Source: Promethearchaeota archaeon
Lineage (GTDB): Archaea > Asgardarchaeota > Hermodarchaeia > Hermodarchaeales > Hermodarchaeaceae
DNA: 32,000 nucleotides
Assembly (NCBI GenBank): GCA_048938295.1
Contig: JBHLMI010000005.1
Span: 1 to 32,000, forward strand
Direction: 5' to 3'
Of this stretch, positions 7,774 to 16,809 are shown piece after piece (the stretch's first letter is position 1; the number at the start of each line of letters is the position of its first letter). The notes beneath the pieces are model-generated. The model was not told where the DNA came from and did no database searches. It was given only the letters and a program-made list of their open reading frames with translations. A program made the position numbers and the translations under genes.

Positions 7774-8220
7774 ATGGGATTATTTGGTCGATTTAAAGCC
7801 CCCAAAGCGACAATCTCAGTAATGTTGAATAAGGATACGTACAGCCTTAATGAGCCCCTAACAGGGACCGTTAATGTGTCATCATCCGAAGAATTTGACG
7901 CCGATGAAGTTCGTCTTGAAATCTGGGTCAACGAATGGACCAAAGCGACCGAGAAGCAGGGTACGAAAGAAAAACCAATAACAGTAACCGCTCAACAAAA
8001 CAGCGTACTCCATCAAGGCAAGAATTCCATCGGAGGTCAAATGCAATTTACCGACGGTTTTAGCGACAGTATTGACTTCAGTATCCATTTACCTTCAGGA
8101 GTTCCCCCCACCTATCGAAGTCAAAATGCCCGAAATACCTGGATGATGAAAGGCGTAATTGCCGTTAAAGGCCGACCCGATATCACTAGCCACGACATGG
8201 AAGTTGTAATAACCTACTAG
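7774..8220 (+). CDS. Arrestin-N/Spo0M-like beta-sandwich protein
   Basis: ISVMLNKDTYSLNEPLTGTVNV (cf. y.pGe.v.G.v.l) and FSIHLPSGVPPTY...WMMKGVIAVKGRPD match the arrestin_N/Spo0M pattern. Start is 7774 (MGLF) or 7759. Confidence 0.65.
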   Translation: MGLFGRFKAPKATISVMLNKDTYSLNEPLTGTVNVSSSEEFDADEVRLEIWVNEWTKATEKQGTKEKPITVTAQQNSVLHQGKNSIGGQMQFTDGFSDSIDFSIHLPSGVPPTYRSQNARNTWMMKGVIAVKGRPDITSHDMEVVITY

Positions 8221-8278
8221 TGAACCCTCAAATTGTATCATTACAGGGCAACGTAACACGTCTCTCGTGAGACGAGAT

Positions 8279-8375
8279 CCAGATAAAGCAGTTGAGAAAT
8301 TTGGAACGGGTCTTAACCAACGCATTGAATCTGGGTGAGTAAGAGCCAAGTAACGCCGTTCAGCAAAATTTCTTA
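8279..8375 (+). pseudogene. Diverged relic copy of the metG 3' end plus downstream sequence
   Basis: Gap-free alignment to 6596-6692 with 67/97 nt identical. Translates PDKAVEKFGTGLNQRIESG*VRAK* versus metG PDEAVAVLTVGLNQRIESARAKAK*. Confidence 0.85.
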
Positions 8376-8405
8376 TTCGCGTTTTTCACTCCTACCTAGT
8401 GGAAA

Positions 8406-11400
8406 GTGGTGAATACTGTGGTTAGCGCTGATCCCTCAATACTTCTATCTGATATAACGAAGCTTCCCGCAAAACTCAAGCGGAAGCTGGACGCCCATGG
8501 GATTAATGATCTTGCACATCTTTTTTTGGCAGAGACAAAATTGCAGGACGCAGTCACATTAGCGACCAATACGGATCTTACAATTCGTGGGGCTCTTGAA
8601 GCCCGACAGATTGCTCGACGTTATTTTGAAACCATTTTAGCAGATATAACCGCCAAGCGCAAGGTTGAATCATTAGGATTATTATGGAAGATTCATTGGT
8701 TGCTAGGAGTTGTACCTGAGGGAGATTTCCGAAATGAGCTCATTGCGCTTGAGGCTTCAGCGATTGCGGCAATTCTTGAAGCTTTAGAAGTCATAGAGGC
8801 TTCGACAGTTGAACAAATCCTCCAGATACTGCTTCACCGCCTGCTCATTATTCCAAAAGTGACAATGAAGGCGGAGTTGACTCAACTTGTGGAATTTGCC
8901 GAGAAGTTTCAGCGGAGCTCCTTACTCGCCTACCAAACAACCAAAGCAAAGGATTCGATGATGGCATTAGCCGATGAGGATGATCCCACAAAGCAGGTTG
9001 TACTGATACGAAAACTCACAACCCATTGGAAGACTCTTCATAAGACAATGCAAGACCGCAGCCAGGAACGGGGAACCGTAATTGTAACAGCACTGCAGTC
9101 AACTGATGATCTAAGAGTGTTAGATATCAGCGAACAGCATTTGCAAGAACGCCTTCAACAAACCATGTCAACAAAGAAGCTGCGGCAATCCCAATTAAAG
9201 CACATCACGACTGCAATGAATGCCATGTTTGAACTCCGCGATGCCTACTCCACCGCCAAACTAGCCACGCGCGCGAGCCAGATATGGTTTGAACTGGCAC
9301 AAGGCAAATCTAGCAAGGCACTCGGAGACGATTTATTACGCAGTCTACGATTTGCACGTACCGCGATTTTCAATTATCGTGCACTTGACGATTTGAACAG
9401 AGCTGTCAAGCAGATTAATCATATTATCCTCTTATTAGGTGAGATCCCATTCGAACCTGCTGAACCCCTTGAGGAGGCCGTTACAAGTGCCTTCCAAACG
9501 TTAATCCGAACTATCCCACTCCTGGACCGTCCTGCAGACCAAGAATTCATCCTTCGAATCTCAAAACGGCTAGGCATCATCCAAACAAGGTTGATGCCCA
9601 AAATCGCAGCGCCTGAAGCCCAGTCGGCTTTGGCAAAACTCCAAATCGAATTCCAACAAACAGCACTAAAACAGCTACAACACCTTGGTGCAACATCTGA
9701 GACCTATCAACCGCTCACCCAAGAGCTCATAGAAGCCCAACTGCGCCTTGTCGACGTTGCCCCAGAAGATGAAAAAGACATTCTGTTGAACGCAGCCGCT
9801 GAACATGCGACCCAACTAATACCTGAGATCCGCCAAACAACGGAAATCGACGAGAATAATCTTGAACTTATTTCCCGCCTTGTACAGCAACTTGCACAGC
9901 GACCAAAGGAAACTTTGAGTGATTCAGCACATCGCCTTAGGGAAAAAAGTCACCAACTCAACGAACAACTGTATTTCCAAACCAAAGACCCCCAAATACG
10001 GGCTCAACTCGCCCTGCAACTCTTACTCTCAAAGGTCTCCCCGGATCCTTCAGGGAGGGTAACCATAACCTTTCCTAGCAAAGATTTGGACAAACTCGAA
10101 GATTATGCGACAACAGCGATGTTAGCCCAGGTAAAAGGTCGACAACAAGTAAAAGCTTTGAAAGCGGGTTCACTGCTGGTCTGGATTCTAATACAGCGGT
10201 TAAGTGAAACAACAGAGAGCAAGGAGTTGCATAAATTAAGGGATGATGCACAAGAATTTGCAGAACAGACGCTTGCGTTTATGCCTCCATCAAACGAGTT
10301 GACTGGCGAGGCGTATCCTTTCGCCTTCCTCCTACTCCGTAATGTCAACGCCTTAGCTTACGAAGAGCAGCCCGCTGAGGAGACAAAATGGGAACAGCTG
10401 TTAACACAAAGTGAACAACTCGCCCAAACTCTGGCTAAAGCTGCAGCGCTGAAGAAGGACACACGCAACGGGGTTCTAGCTTTAAGTGCTGCAGGAACTG
10501 CTACAGCTAAACTCGCAACGCTTACCTCCGACCGCAGTTCACAAACTCGATTACTCCGGAGGGCGGCAACCCAGTTACAAAAAGCACTCGAAGTTGTAGC
10601 CAGTGATGAAGATTCTGCAGATATTGAGGCCGTTTTGTCTCAATATACTCAGCTCATGCGAGCCCGCTTATCTGTAACCCCAGCACTCTCTGCGCAGATT
10701 CCACTTTTTGAGGAGTGGAATCAAACATTCAAGGAGGGAATTGACGCGCTCCGAAGTAGAGGTGCTGATGATAGCGCAAACAAGCTGCAAGCGTCACTGA
10801 TACTAAACACGCAGGTACCGCTTGCATTCACCCGCCTGAGCAAAGAAAAAGCAACCCTTGATTCGGTTCGACGGAAGCTGCTAGAAATGCTCCGTGAAGT
10901 CGGTCAAATCGGGTCCGAGGATCAGGCCAAGTTGGCTCAGCAGCTAGAACGCCGTTGGACCTTCCAATTAGGTGACAACTCGCTATTGGACTCAGGATAT
11001 CGCCTTGAAGGTGGTGAAACTGGTTTCACGTTAGCTGATGAGCATTTTCGAATCAGTCTTCAGGTTGAGCTTGAAATTGCCATCGATGGTCGTGCTTTAC
11101 GGAAAATGACAACCTTTCCCTATCTTCGCCCATCAACAAAGTCCAACGATCTAATCTGGTACGACAAGAACCCCATCTTATCCAGTACTTATGAAAATGA
11201 CCAGCTCCAAACTTGGCTTACCCTTCTTGACCCTAGCGAGAATCATGTCTCTATTGGTTTCTGGCTAGTACCCTCCGAGGACACTAAGACCACTTTGACT
11301 TTACAAATTCTGGGCACCGAAGCCATGTCTCAGGGTGCGGAAGGGGTAATGGTTCAGCTTACTGGTTCACAATTAGAAATACCACGACAACCAGCAGTTG

Positions 11401-11495
11401 CGGAACGAAGGGATACAAAGGGGATCCTCATCTATGAGTCTAAACTTACAGTAGGATTTCCTGATACAATTCGCTTGAATCTACGAATTGCTTAA
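8406..11495 (+). CDS. Large hypothetical protein: N-terminal HhH-like domain, long helical region, beta-rich C-terminus
   Basis: 1029-aa uninterrupted ORF. The N-terminal ITKLPAKLKRKLDAHGINDLAHLFLA...ARQIAR resembles the RadA-N/HhH_5 pattern. L/A/Q/E-rich amphipathic helices follow to about aa 860, then alternating hydrophobic strands. Confidence 0.75.
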   Translation: MVNTVVSADPSILLSDITKLPAKLKRKLDAHGINDLAHLFLAETKLQDAVTLATNTDLTIRGALEARQIARRYFETILADITAKRKVESLGLLWKIHWLLGVVPEGDFRNELIALEASAIAAILEALEVIEASTVEQILQILLHRLLIIPKVTMKAELTQLVEFAEKFQRSSLLAYQTTKAKDSMMALADEDDPTKQVVLIRKLTTHWKTLHKTMQDRSQERGTVIVTALQSTDDLRVLDISEQHLQERLQQTMSTKKLRQSQLKHITTAMNAMFELRDAYSTAKLATRASQIWFELAQGKSSKALGDDLLRSLRFARTAIFNYRALDDLNRAVKQINHIILLLGEIPFEPAEPLEEAVTSAFQTLIRTIPLLDRPADQEFILRISKRLGIIQTRLMPKIAAPEAQSALAKLQIEFQQTALKQLQHLGATSETYQPLTQELIEAQLRLVDVAPEDEKDILLNAAAEHATQLIPEIRQTTEIDENNLELISRLVQQLAQRPKETLSDSAHRLREKSHQLNEQLYFQTKDPQIRAQLALQLLLSKVSPDPSGRVTITFPSKDLDKLEDYATTAMLAQVKGRQQVKALKAGSLLVWILIQRLSETTESKELHKLRDDAQEFAEQTLAFMPPSNELTGEAYPFAFLLLRNVNALAYEEQPAEETKWEQLLTQSEQLAQTLAKAAALKKDTRNGVLALSAAGTATAKLATLTSDRSSQTRLLRRAATQLQKALEVVASDEDSADIEAVLSQYTQLMRARLSVTPALSAQIPLFEEWNQTFKEGIDALRSRGADDSANKLQASLILNTQVPLAFTRLSKEKATLDSVRRKLLEMLREVGQIGSEDQAKLAQQLERRWTFQLGDNSLLDSGYRLEGGETGFTLADEHFRISLQVELEIAIDGRALRKMTTFPYLRPSTKSNDLIWYDKNPILSSTYENDQLQTWLTLLDPSENHVSIGFWLVPSEDTKTTLTLQILGTEAMSQGAEGVMVQLTGSQLEIPRQPAVAERRDTKGILIYESKLTVGFPDTIRLNLRIA

Positions 11496-11507
11496 CATCT
11501 CAAATAC

Positions 11508-12128
11508 TCAGAGGACAACAGGTAAACCCCAGAGAACCCAATAGACCATTGCGGTAACAATAATGGCAATGAGTATTCCGGCTAATAGCTGCGAGGGTGA
11601 ATGCAGTTTTAACTTCCAGCGAGCCCATGCCACGAGAACCGCTAAGAGCATAAAGGGGACGAAGAAGAGACCATACACCCAAATCAACCCAGTAATCGGA
11701 CCAGCGACACCAGCACTATGTGCTGAAACTTTCCAATAGAGACTCACAAGTGCAATTACTGAAGTTACTCCAGCATACGCAATGGCAATGACGATCAAGG
11801 TAAGATTGTAATAGAGCCAGGCGATTAACGCGCCACTAACATAGGTGATTATAGCGGCCAGGTAAAGTAGGGGTCGGTCACGGCGATTTTTAACATCGAA
11901 TGTCATTTTTCCGCGCGCAACCATTAACACGACTGGAAGGATGGGACCGATGACGACGAAAAAGAGTCCAATGAGGAAAGATTGCCACGGCTGTATTAAT
12001 CCAGTTCCAATAGGCGAATAAAAAGTAAAAACAGCAACGGTACCCATGGCAATAAGAGGTGGCGATAGAAGATTTGAGAGTGCCCGAGTTATACGAGTAG
12101 AGATTGTTGAATTGACTGGCGGGGTCAT
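11508..12128 (-). CDS. PAP2-superfamily integral membrane phosphatase-like protein
   Basis: About six hydrophobic segments. WKVSAHSAG and ARWKLKLHSPSQLLAG correspond to the PAP2 C2/C3 motifs (SxH; SRxxxxxH). Confidence 0.65.
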   Translation of the reverse strand: MTPPVNSTISTRITRALSNLLSPPLIAMGTVAVFTFYSPIGTGLIQPWQSFLIGLFFVVIGPILPVVLMVARGKMTFDVKNRRDRPLLYLAAIITYVSGALIAWLYYNLTLIVIAIAYAGVTSVIALVSLYWKVSAHSAGVAGPITGLIWVYGLFFVPFMLLAVLVAWARWKLKLHSPSQLLAGILIAIIVTAMVYWVLWGLPVVL

Positions 12129-12158
12129 CGTATCACCATCGACAGAGAGGATGTGGTT

Positions 12159-13946
12159 TTAGAGATTCAATTGTTTGAGACATGATTCCGTAGGTTGACC
12201 AGTTTCATCCCACCCACGAAGGCGGTAATATTCGGGAAGCATCTCTTTAAGATGAGTAACGCGGTTACGGGATCCACCCTCTGGTAAAGGTTTTGAGAAA
12301 CGTGGAGGTAGGCAGTCATCTTTCGCTGAAAAACCTTCTCGAATATTGAATAATCGTTCGAGAGTCCAGATTCTCTCACCAATTTGAAGAAACTCGTTGC
12401 CAGATATCTTTAGCGAGGTGGCAGCGGAGAGTAGATCAGCATAATCTTCCACGCTAAAAGCGAACGTGGTAAATCGGCATAGAACAAGCGAATCCATTGC
12501 CGCAGAGAGATTTTGAAACAGAATCACAAGTCCAGCTTTTCCTTCAACACGATCGCGATCAACAAGGACAGGCGATCCCAATATTTCAGGCCCTATAAGA
12601 TAGGCCCGTAAATGGCATCCCCCACGGTTGGATGTGGCATTAGCGAGAGCGTGTCCCTGAACTCCTCTAAGATCGTATGCAGGCAGTTCCATTCCCTTTA
12701 CCTGCATTGCTAGTTGGGGAGCATTATACCGGATAGCCAAACTCTTGGAACCTTGCCCAAGTTCCTTTCCCAATCCACGAGCATGGGCAATATCATCGAT
12801 GAGGTTGAGCAACTCTGCAGTTTTTGTAAATTCAAGTTTAGATTGGAGGTGACCTTTCTGCACAAGCTCCATCGCACATCCAATGGTGCTGCCCACGGAA
12901 ATTGTGTCTATACCTAGCTCATTACACCGATGATTAGCAGTGGTAATCCATTCGAGATCATTGATCCCACACTGAGGCCCTAAAGCCCAAATAGTCTCAT
13001 ACTCTGGACCACCTACTTCAATTCCTTGAACTTGAGAGATTCTGCCACAGCCAATTGGACAACCGAAACAATGGTACCGCTTGAGGAAGAATCGTTCAAG
13101 TAGCTTTTCCCCAGAAACACCTTCGGCATCGTTGAAAGTACCCTCCTGAAAGTTGTACGTCGGCAGCATCCCGAATTCATTGATGAGGTTGACTAGCACT
13201 GCCGTCCCATACACAGGTAAAGAATTGTTCGTGATGGAATCTTTCTTGATAAGGCGGCGCGTCCGGTTAACGACAATGTCGAGTTTTTCAGGGTCATTTA
13301 TTGAAATTTGTTTAGTGCCCAGAATTACGATGGCTTTCAGATGCTTTGCACCCATGACGGCACCAACACCACCTCGACCAGCTGCGCGATGCTTGTCAGT
13401 CATGATTGCAGCAAGTTTAACCTGGTTCTCTCCACCAGGACCGATGCATGCCACTTGGGCTTTAGGATCAGTTTCATCAAGAAGATAATCTGTGGAGGGA
13501 CTTACCTCTTGACCCCACACATCCTTCGCTGACCGAAATTCAACGTCGTCGTCATTAATCCAGAGATAAGTGGGTGATTTTGCACGCCCCTCGAACACTA
13601 AAGCGGCATAGCCTGCTCGTCGTAGCTGGGGACCGAAGTGTCCTCCACTGTTGGAGTCCAAAATAGTACCAGTTAGTGGTGATTTGGTAATTACAGCGAA
13701 CCGCCCTCCAGTTGGTGCAGCTGAAGCTGTAAGGGGACCAACGGCAAACACCAGAAGATTCTCAGGGGCTAGCGGAGAAACGGCGGGGGTTACTTGATCA
13801 TAGACCAGTTTTACGCCTATACCACGACCACCTAGATATTGGGTAAAAAGCGCAGGTGTTAGTTCTTGTTGTTTCACCGTTTGGTTAGTAAGCGAAATCC
13901 GAAGCAGTTTGGTATCAGAATATGATTGTGTGTTCTCATCTGTCAT
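12159..13946 (-). CDS. aor: Tungsten-containing aldehyde:ferredoxin oxidoreductase
   Basis: LGGRGIG, KSPLTG, RAAGRGGVGAVMGAKHLKAI, 4Fe-4S CFGCPIGC plus DSLVLC, GPEYET, NELGIDTIS, RGGCHL and YYRLRGWD. Confidence 0.95.
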   Translation of the reverse strand: MTDENTQSYSDTKLLRISLTNQTVKQQELTPALFTQYLGGRGIGVKLVYDQVTPAVSPLAPENLLVFAVGPLTASAAPTGGRFAVITKSPLTGTILDSNSGGHFGPQLRRAGYAALVFEGRAKSPTYLWINDDDVEFRSAKDVWGQEVSPSTDYLLDETDPKAQVACIGPGGENQVKLAAIMTDKHRAAGRGGVGAVMGAKHLKAIVILGTKQISINDPEKLDIVVNRTRRLIKKDSITNNSLPVYGTAVLVNLINEFGMLPTYNFQEGTFNDAEGVSGEKLLERFFLKRYHCFGCPIGCGRISQVQGIEVGGPEYETIWALGPQCGINDLEWITTANHRCNELGIDTISVGSTIGCAMELVQKGHLQSKLEFTKTAELLNLIDDIAHARGLGKELGQGSKSLAIRYNAPQLAMQVKGMELPAYDLRGVQGHALANATSNRGGCHLRAYLIGPEILGSPVLVDRDRVEGKAGLVILFQNLSAAMDSLVLCRFTTFAFSVEDYADLLSAATSLKISGNEFLQIGERIWTLERLFNIREGFSAKDDCLPPRFSKPLPEGGSRNRVTHLKEMLPEYYRLRGWDETGQPTESCLKQLNL

Positions 13947-13958
13947 TTGGTTCTCCCT

Positions 13959-14780
13959 CTAATCATTGAAGATGTTTTGGTCACGGTGGGGACAAGTGAC
14001 ACAGCGCTGTTTGTACCAAAGATACACTTCTTTGGGTTGTTTCCCTAAATTGGCCTGCCGGCTTGGGCAAGTCCAGCAGGGTTTATCAGGCTCAAGGAAG
14101 GTGTCACTATATCCTGCCCAACGGAAGCCTTCGATGATAGCAACGCCTGAGCTAGTGCCAAGACGGTTAGCACCTGCATCAATCATTCGCAATGCATCTT
14201 TGAAGCTGCGGATGCCACCTGCAGCTTTTACTCCCATATCCGTTCCTACCGTTTCCCGCATCAACCGAACATCATATGGCGTAGCGCCCATAGGTCCAAA
14301 TCCCGTGGATGTCTTGACAAAGTTTGCACCAGCATCTTGGCAGATAAGACAAGCCTTCTGCTTCTCCTCATCAATTAGAAACCCGGTTTCAAGAATCACT
14401 TTCACTATCGCATCATCAGCGGCACTAACTACCGCCTCGATATCAGATTGAACCAAATCATAGTTCTTGTCTCTTAGAGCACCTATGTTAATTACCATAT
14501 CTACTTCGGTAGCACCTTTTTGCACAGCCTGCTTTGCCTCAAAGGCTTTTACCTCCGAAAGGGTGGCACCCAAGGGAAAGCCAACAACCACGCACACACC
14601 CACTGATGAGTTCTTCAATAAGTCGGTGGCATATTCAACGTGAACGGGATTGATGCATACCGTAGCAAACTCGTAAGCTAGCGCTTCTTCACATAGTTCT
14701 AAAATCTTTGCTCGTTTAGTTTCTGGTTTGAGTCTGGTATGATCAATGAATTTGGCAAGCTCTTCTACTGTCAGTGACAT
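13959..14780 (-). CDS. deoC: Deoxyribose-phosphate aldolase with a C-terminal Cys-rich extension
   Basis: [38 protein letters not shown] (Schiff-base Lys), VKAAGGIR and RLGTSSG. An alternative start at 14804 also has an SD-like AGGAGG. Confidence 0.95.
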   Translation of the reverse strand: MSLTVEELAKFIDHTRLKPETKRAKILELCEEALAYEFATVCINPVHVEYATDLLKNSSVGVCVVVGFPLGATLSEVKAFEAKQAVQKGATEVDMVINIGALRDKNYDLVQSDIEAVVSAADDAIVKVILETGFLIDEEKQKACLICQDAGANFVKTSTGFGPMGATPYDVRLMRETVGTDMGVKAAGGIRSFKDALRMIDAGANRLGTSSGVAIIEGFRWAGYSDTFLEPDKPCWTCPSRQANLGKQPKEVYLWYKQRCVTCPHRDQNIFND

Positions 14781-14914
14781 CTTGAACACTCCTTTGCATC
14801 TCATTTGTCTCCTCCTGTAGAATAAACTTGTTTCTTCACGGAAAAGTGCAGTTCAGATGAACTTCTGCTGCCTGAATAAAGCTTATCTAACTCATTGGGC
14901 GAATTCGAGGGTAG

Positions 14915-16012
14915 GTGTCGACCATGGATTCAAGACGAACTAAATTATTGCAAACACTGGTGGACTCATTTGGTCCTAGTGGCTTTGAACGCGAAACAAG
15001 CACATTGGTCGCAGAAGCCATGCGCCCGATTGCCGATGAAATCACCATCGACAAACTCGGAAGCGTACAGTTCATCAAAAAGGGAAGCGCTGATAAACCC
15101 CGAATCCTTTTCGCTGGCCATGTTGACGAGGTAGGCTTCATCGTCTCCGGGATTACCAAGGACGGATTCCTAAAGGTCAATCCATTAGGAGGATGGTGGA
15201 GCCAAGTTGTATTGGCACAAAAAGTCATTGTTCGAACACGAAAAAACAATCGCTACTTTGGCGTCTTTGGGGCCAAACCTCCTCACATCCTCACGCCAGA
15301 TGAACGAAAGAAAGTCGTTGAACTTGATCAAATGTTTATCGATGTTGGCGCAAGCTCTGAAGATGACATCAAGGAAATGGGTATCCAAGTTGGCGATCCA
15401 ATTGTACCTGATTCCTCGTTTCAGCTCATTCGCGATGGCAGATTAGCTGCAGCCAAAGCCTTTGATGACCGTCTTGGCGCATTCATTGCCATGGAAGTAA
15501 TCTACCAATTGAAGAAAGAAAAGATTGACCATCCAAATACTGTGATTGGAGCAGCAACCGTTCAAGAAGAAGTCGGTCTCCGAGGAGCTCGAACCACCGC
15601 ACACCTCATTGAACCAGATGTTGGATTTGCCCTAGAAGTGGATCTAGCCGGTGATATGCCTGGTATCAAACCCGAACAAGCTGCAACAAAATTAGGCAAA
15701 GGACCCGCGATTTGTACAATGGACCGATCAATGATACCCAACCAACCGCTGCTCAATTACGTTATTCAGACCGCGGACAAGGAAAAAATTCCCTATCAAC
15801 TTTCTCAGATGTATGGCGGTGGTACGGATGCAGGTGTGATCCACATCGACCGGGTCGGTTGTCCCAGCCTGGTTATTGGTGTACCGACCCGACACATCCA
15901 TAGTCATGTGGGAATCCTCAACTTAGACGACATCGAGAAGACAATTGATCTTCTTGTCGCCGTGGTAAAAGGACTAGACAAGAAGAGAGTGAAGAGCTTC
16001 ACAGACCTATAA
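14915..16012 (+). CDS. M42 family aminopeptidase (TET/FrvX-like)
   Basis: AGHVDEVG, KAFDDR, VQEEVGLRGA, ALEVD, GGTDAG and RHIHS metal-binding motifs. Confidence 0.93.
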   Translation: MSTMDSRRTKLLQTLVDSFGPSGFERETSTLVAEAMRPIADEITIDKLGSVQFIKKGSADKPRILFAGHVDEVGFIVSGITKDGFLKVNPLGGWWSQVVLAQKVIVRTRKNNRYFGVFGAKPPHILTPDERKKVVELDQMFIDVGASSEDDIKEMGIQVGDPIVPDSSFQLIRDGRLAAAKAFDDRLGAFIAMEVIYQLKKEKIDHPNTVIGAATVQEEVGLRGARTTAHLIEPDVGFALEVDLAGDMPGIKPEQAATKLGKGPAICTMDRSMIPNQPLLNYVIQTADKEKIPYQLSQMYGGGTDAGVIHIDRVGCPSLVIGVPTRHIHSHVGILNLDDIEKTIDLLVAVVKGLDKKRVKSFTDL

Positions 16013-16049
16013 GACGATACACGGAGTATCTGACGGGAGCAATCGAAGT

Positions 16050-16754
16050 ATGGCTCTTGAGCTGGTGGTCTTCGACCTCGATGGAACCTTAGTGACTGCT
16101 GAAATAAACTTTCATGCAATGCGTCGTGCTATTCGAGACTTGTTACTTGAGAACGGACTCCCAGTTGAAGTGCTTCCAATGAACAGCACTCAAGACCTAC
16201 TCCGAAGCGCCTTTGCTTATGCTGAGAAACAAGGGAAATCACCTATTGAAATTAGCGAGCTACGTGACAGCGTCTATGCAGCAGCTGTTGAATATGAATG
16301 GGAAGGGGCTAGGAATGCCCAACTTGTGCCAGGAGCTAAAGAGACACTCCAAGCTCTTCAAGACCATGATATAAGAACTGCCATTCTTACCAACGATAAT
16401 GGTGAAGTGGCTAAGTATCTTCTAGAAAAATATGAGTTTACAAAATTAATTGATATCCTGATAACACGCGATGAAGCCCCTCACATGAAGCCATCTACTT
16501 CAGGTCTGGAACTCATTCTGAATCGTTTCAATGTTACTCCCACAAATACGCTCTTCATTGGCGACTCGACAATAGACATCATGACTGCGAAAAAACTAGG
16601 AATCCCTGTTATCGCTCGCCAGTCGAAAATTCGGACAGAAGATGAACTCCTTGCTGAGGGAGCTCTTGTTGTCTTTCCAACCCTGATCCCGATTATCCCC
16701 TATCTTCAGGAGCAGAAAATGCTGTTGCCCAACAGAATGAAAACAAAAGGCTGA
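16050..16754 (+). CDS. HAD-superfamily hydrolase (phosphoglycolate phosphatase-like)
   Basis: Motif I FDLDGT, motif II ILTN, motif III KP and motif IV IGDSTID. Confidence 0.9.
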   Translation: MALELVVFDLDGTLVTAEINFHAMRRAIRDLLLENGLPVEVLPMNSTQDLLRSAFAYAEKQGKSPIEISELRDSVYAAAVEYEWEGARNAQLVPGAKETLQALQDHDIRTAILTNDNGEVAKYLLEKYEFTKLIDILITRDEAPHMKPSTSGLELILNRFNVTPTNTLFIGDSTIDIMTAKKLGIPVIARQSKIRTEDELLAEGALVVFPTLIPIIPYLQEQKMLLPNRMKTKG

Positions 16755-16809
16755 TATTCGTAGATCCGTTCTAGATTGCGTATTGTATTAAATTGTGTGT
16801 GGAACTTGA

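Noticed and set aside
7472-8338. In-frame TGA codons in the hydrolase remnant (7472-7474) and the metG relic (8336-8338) as possible selenocysteine or readthrough
   Set aside because: Both lie in truncated fragments, the positions are not Cys-equivalent catalytic sites, and no SECIS-like element was recognised; nonsense decay is simpler.
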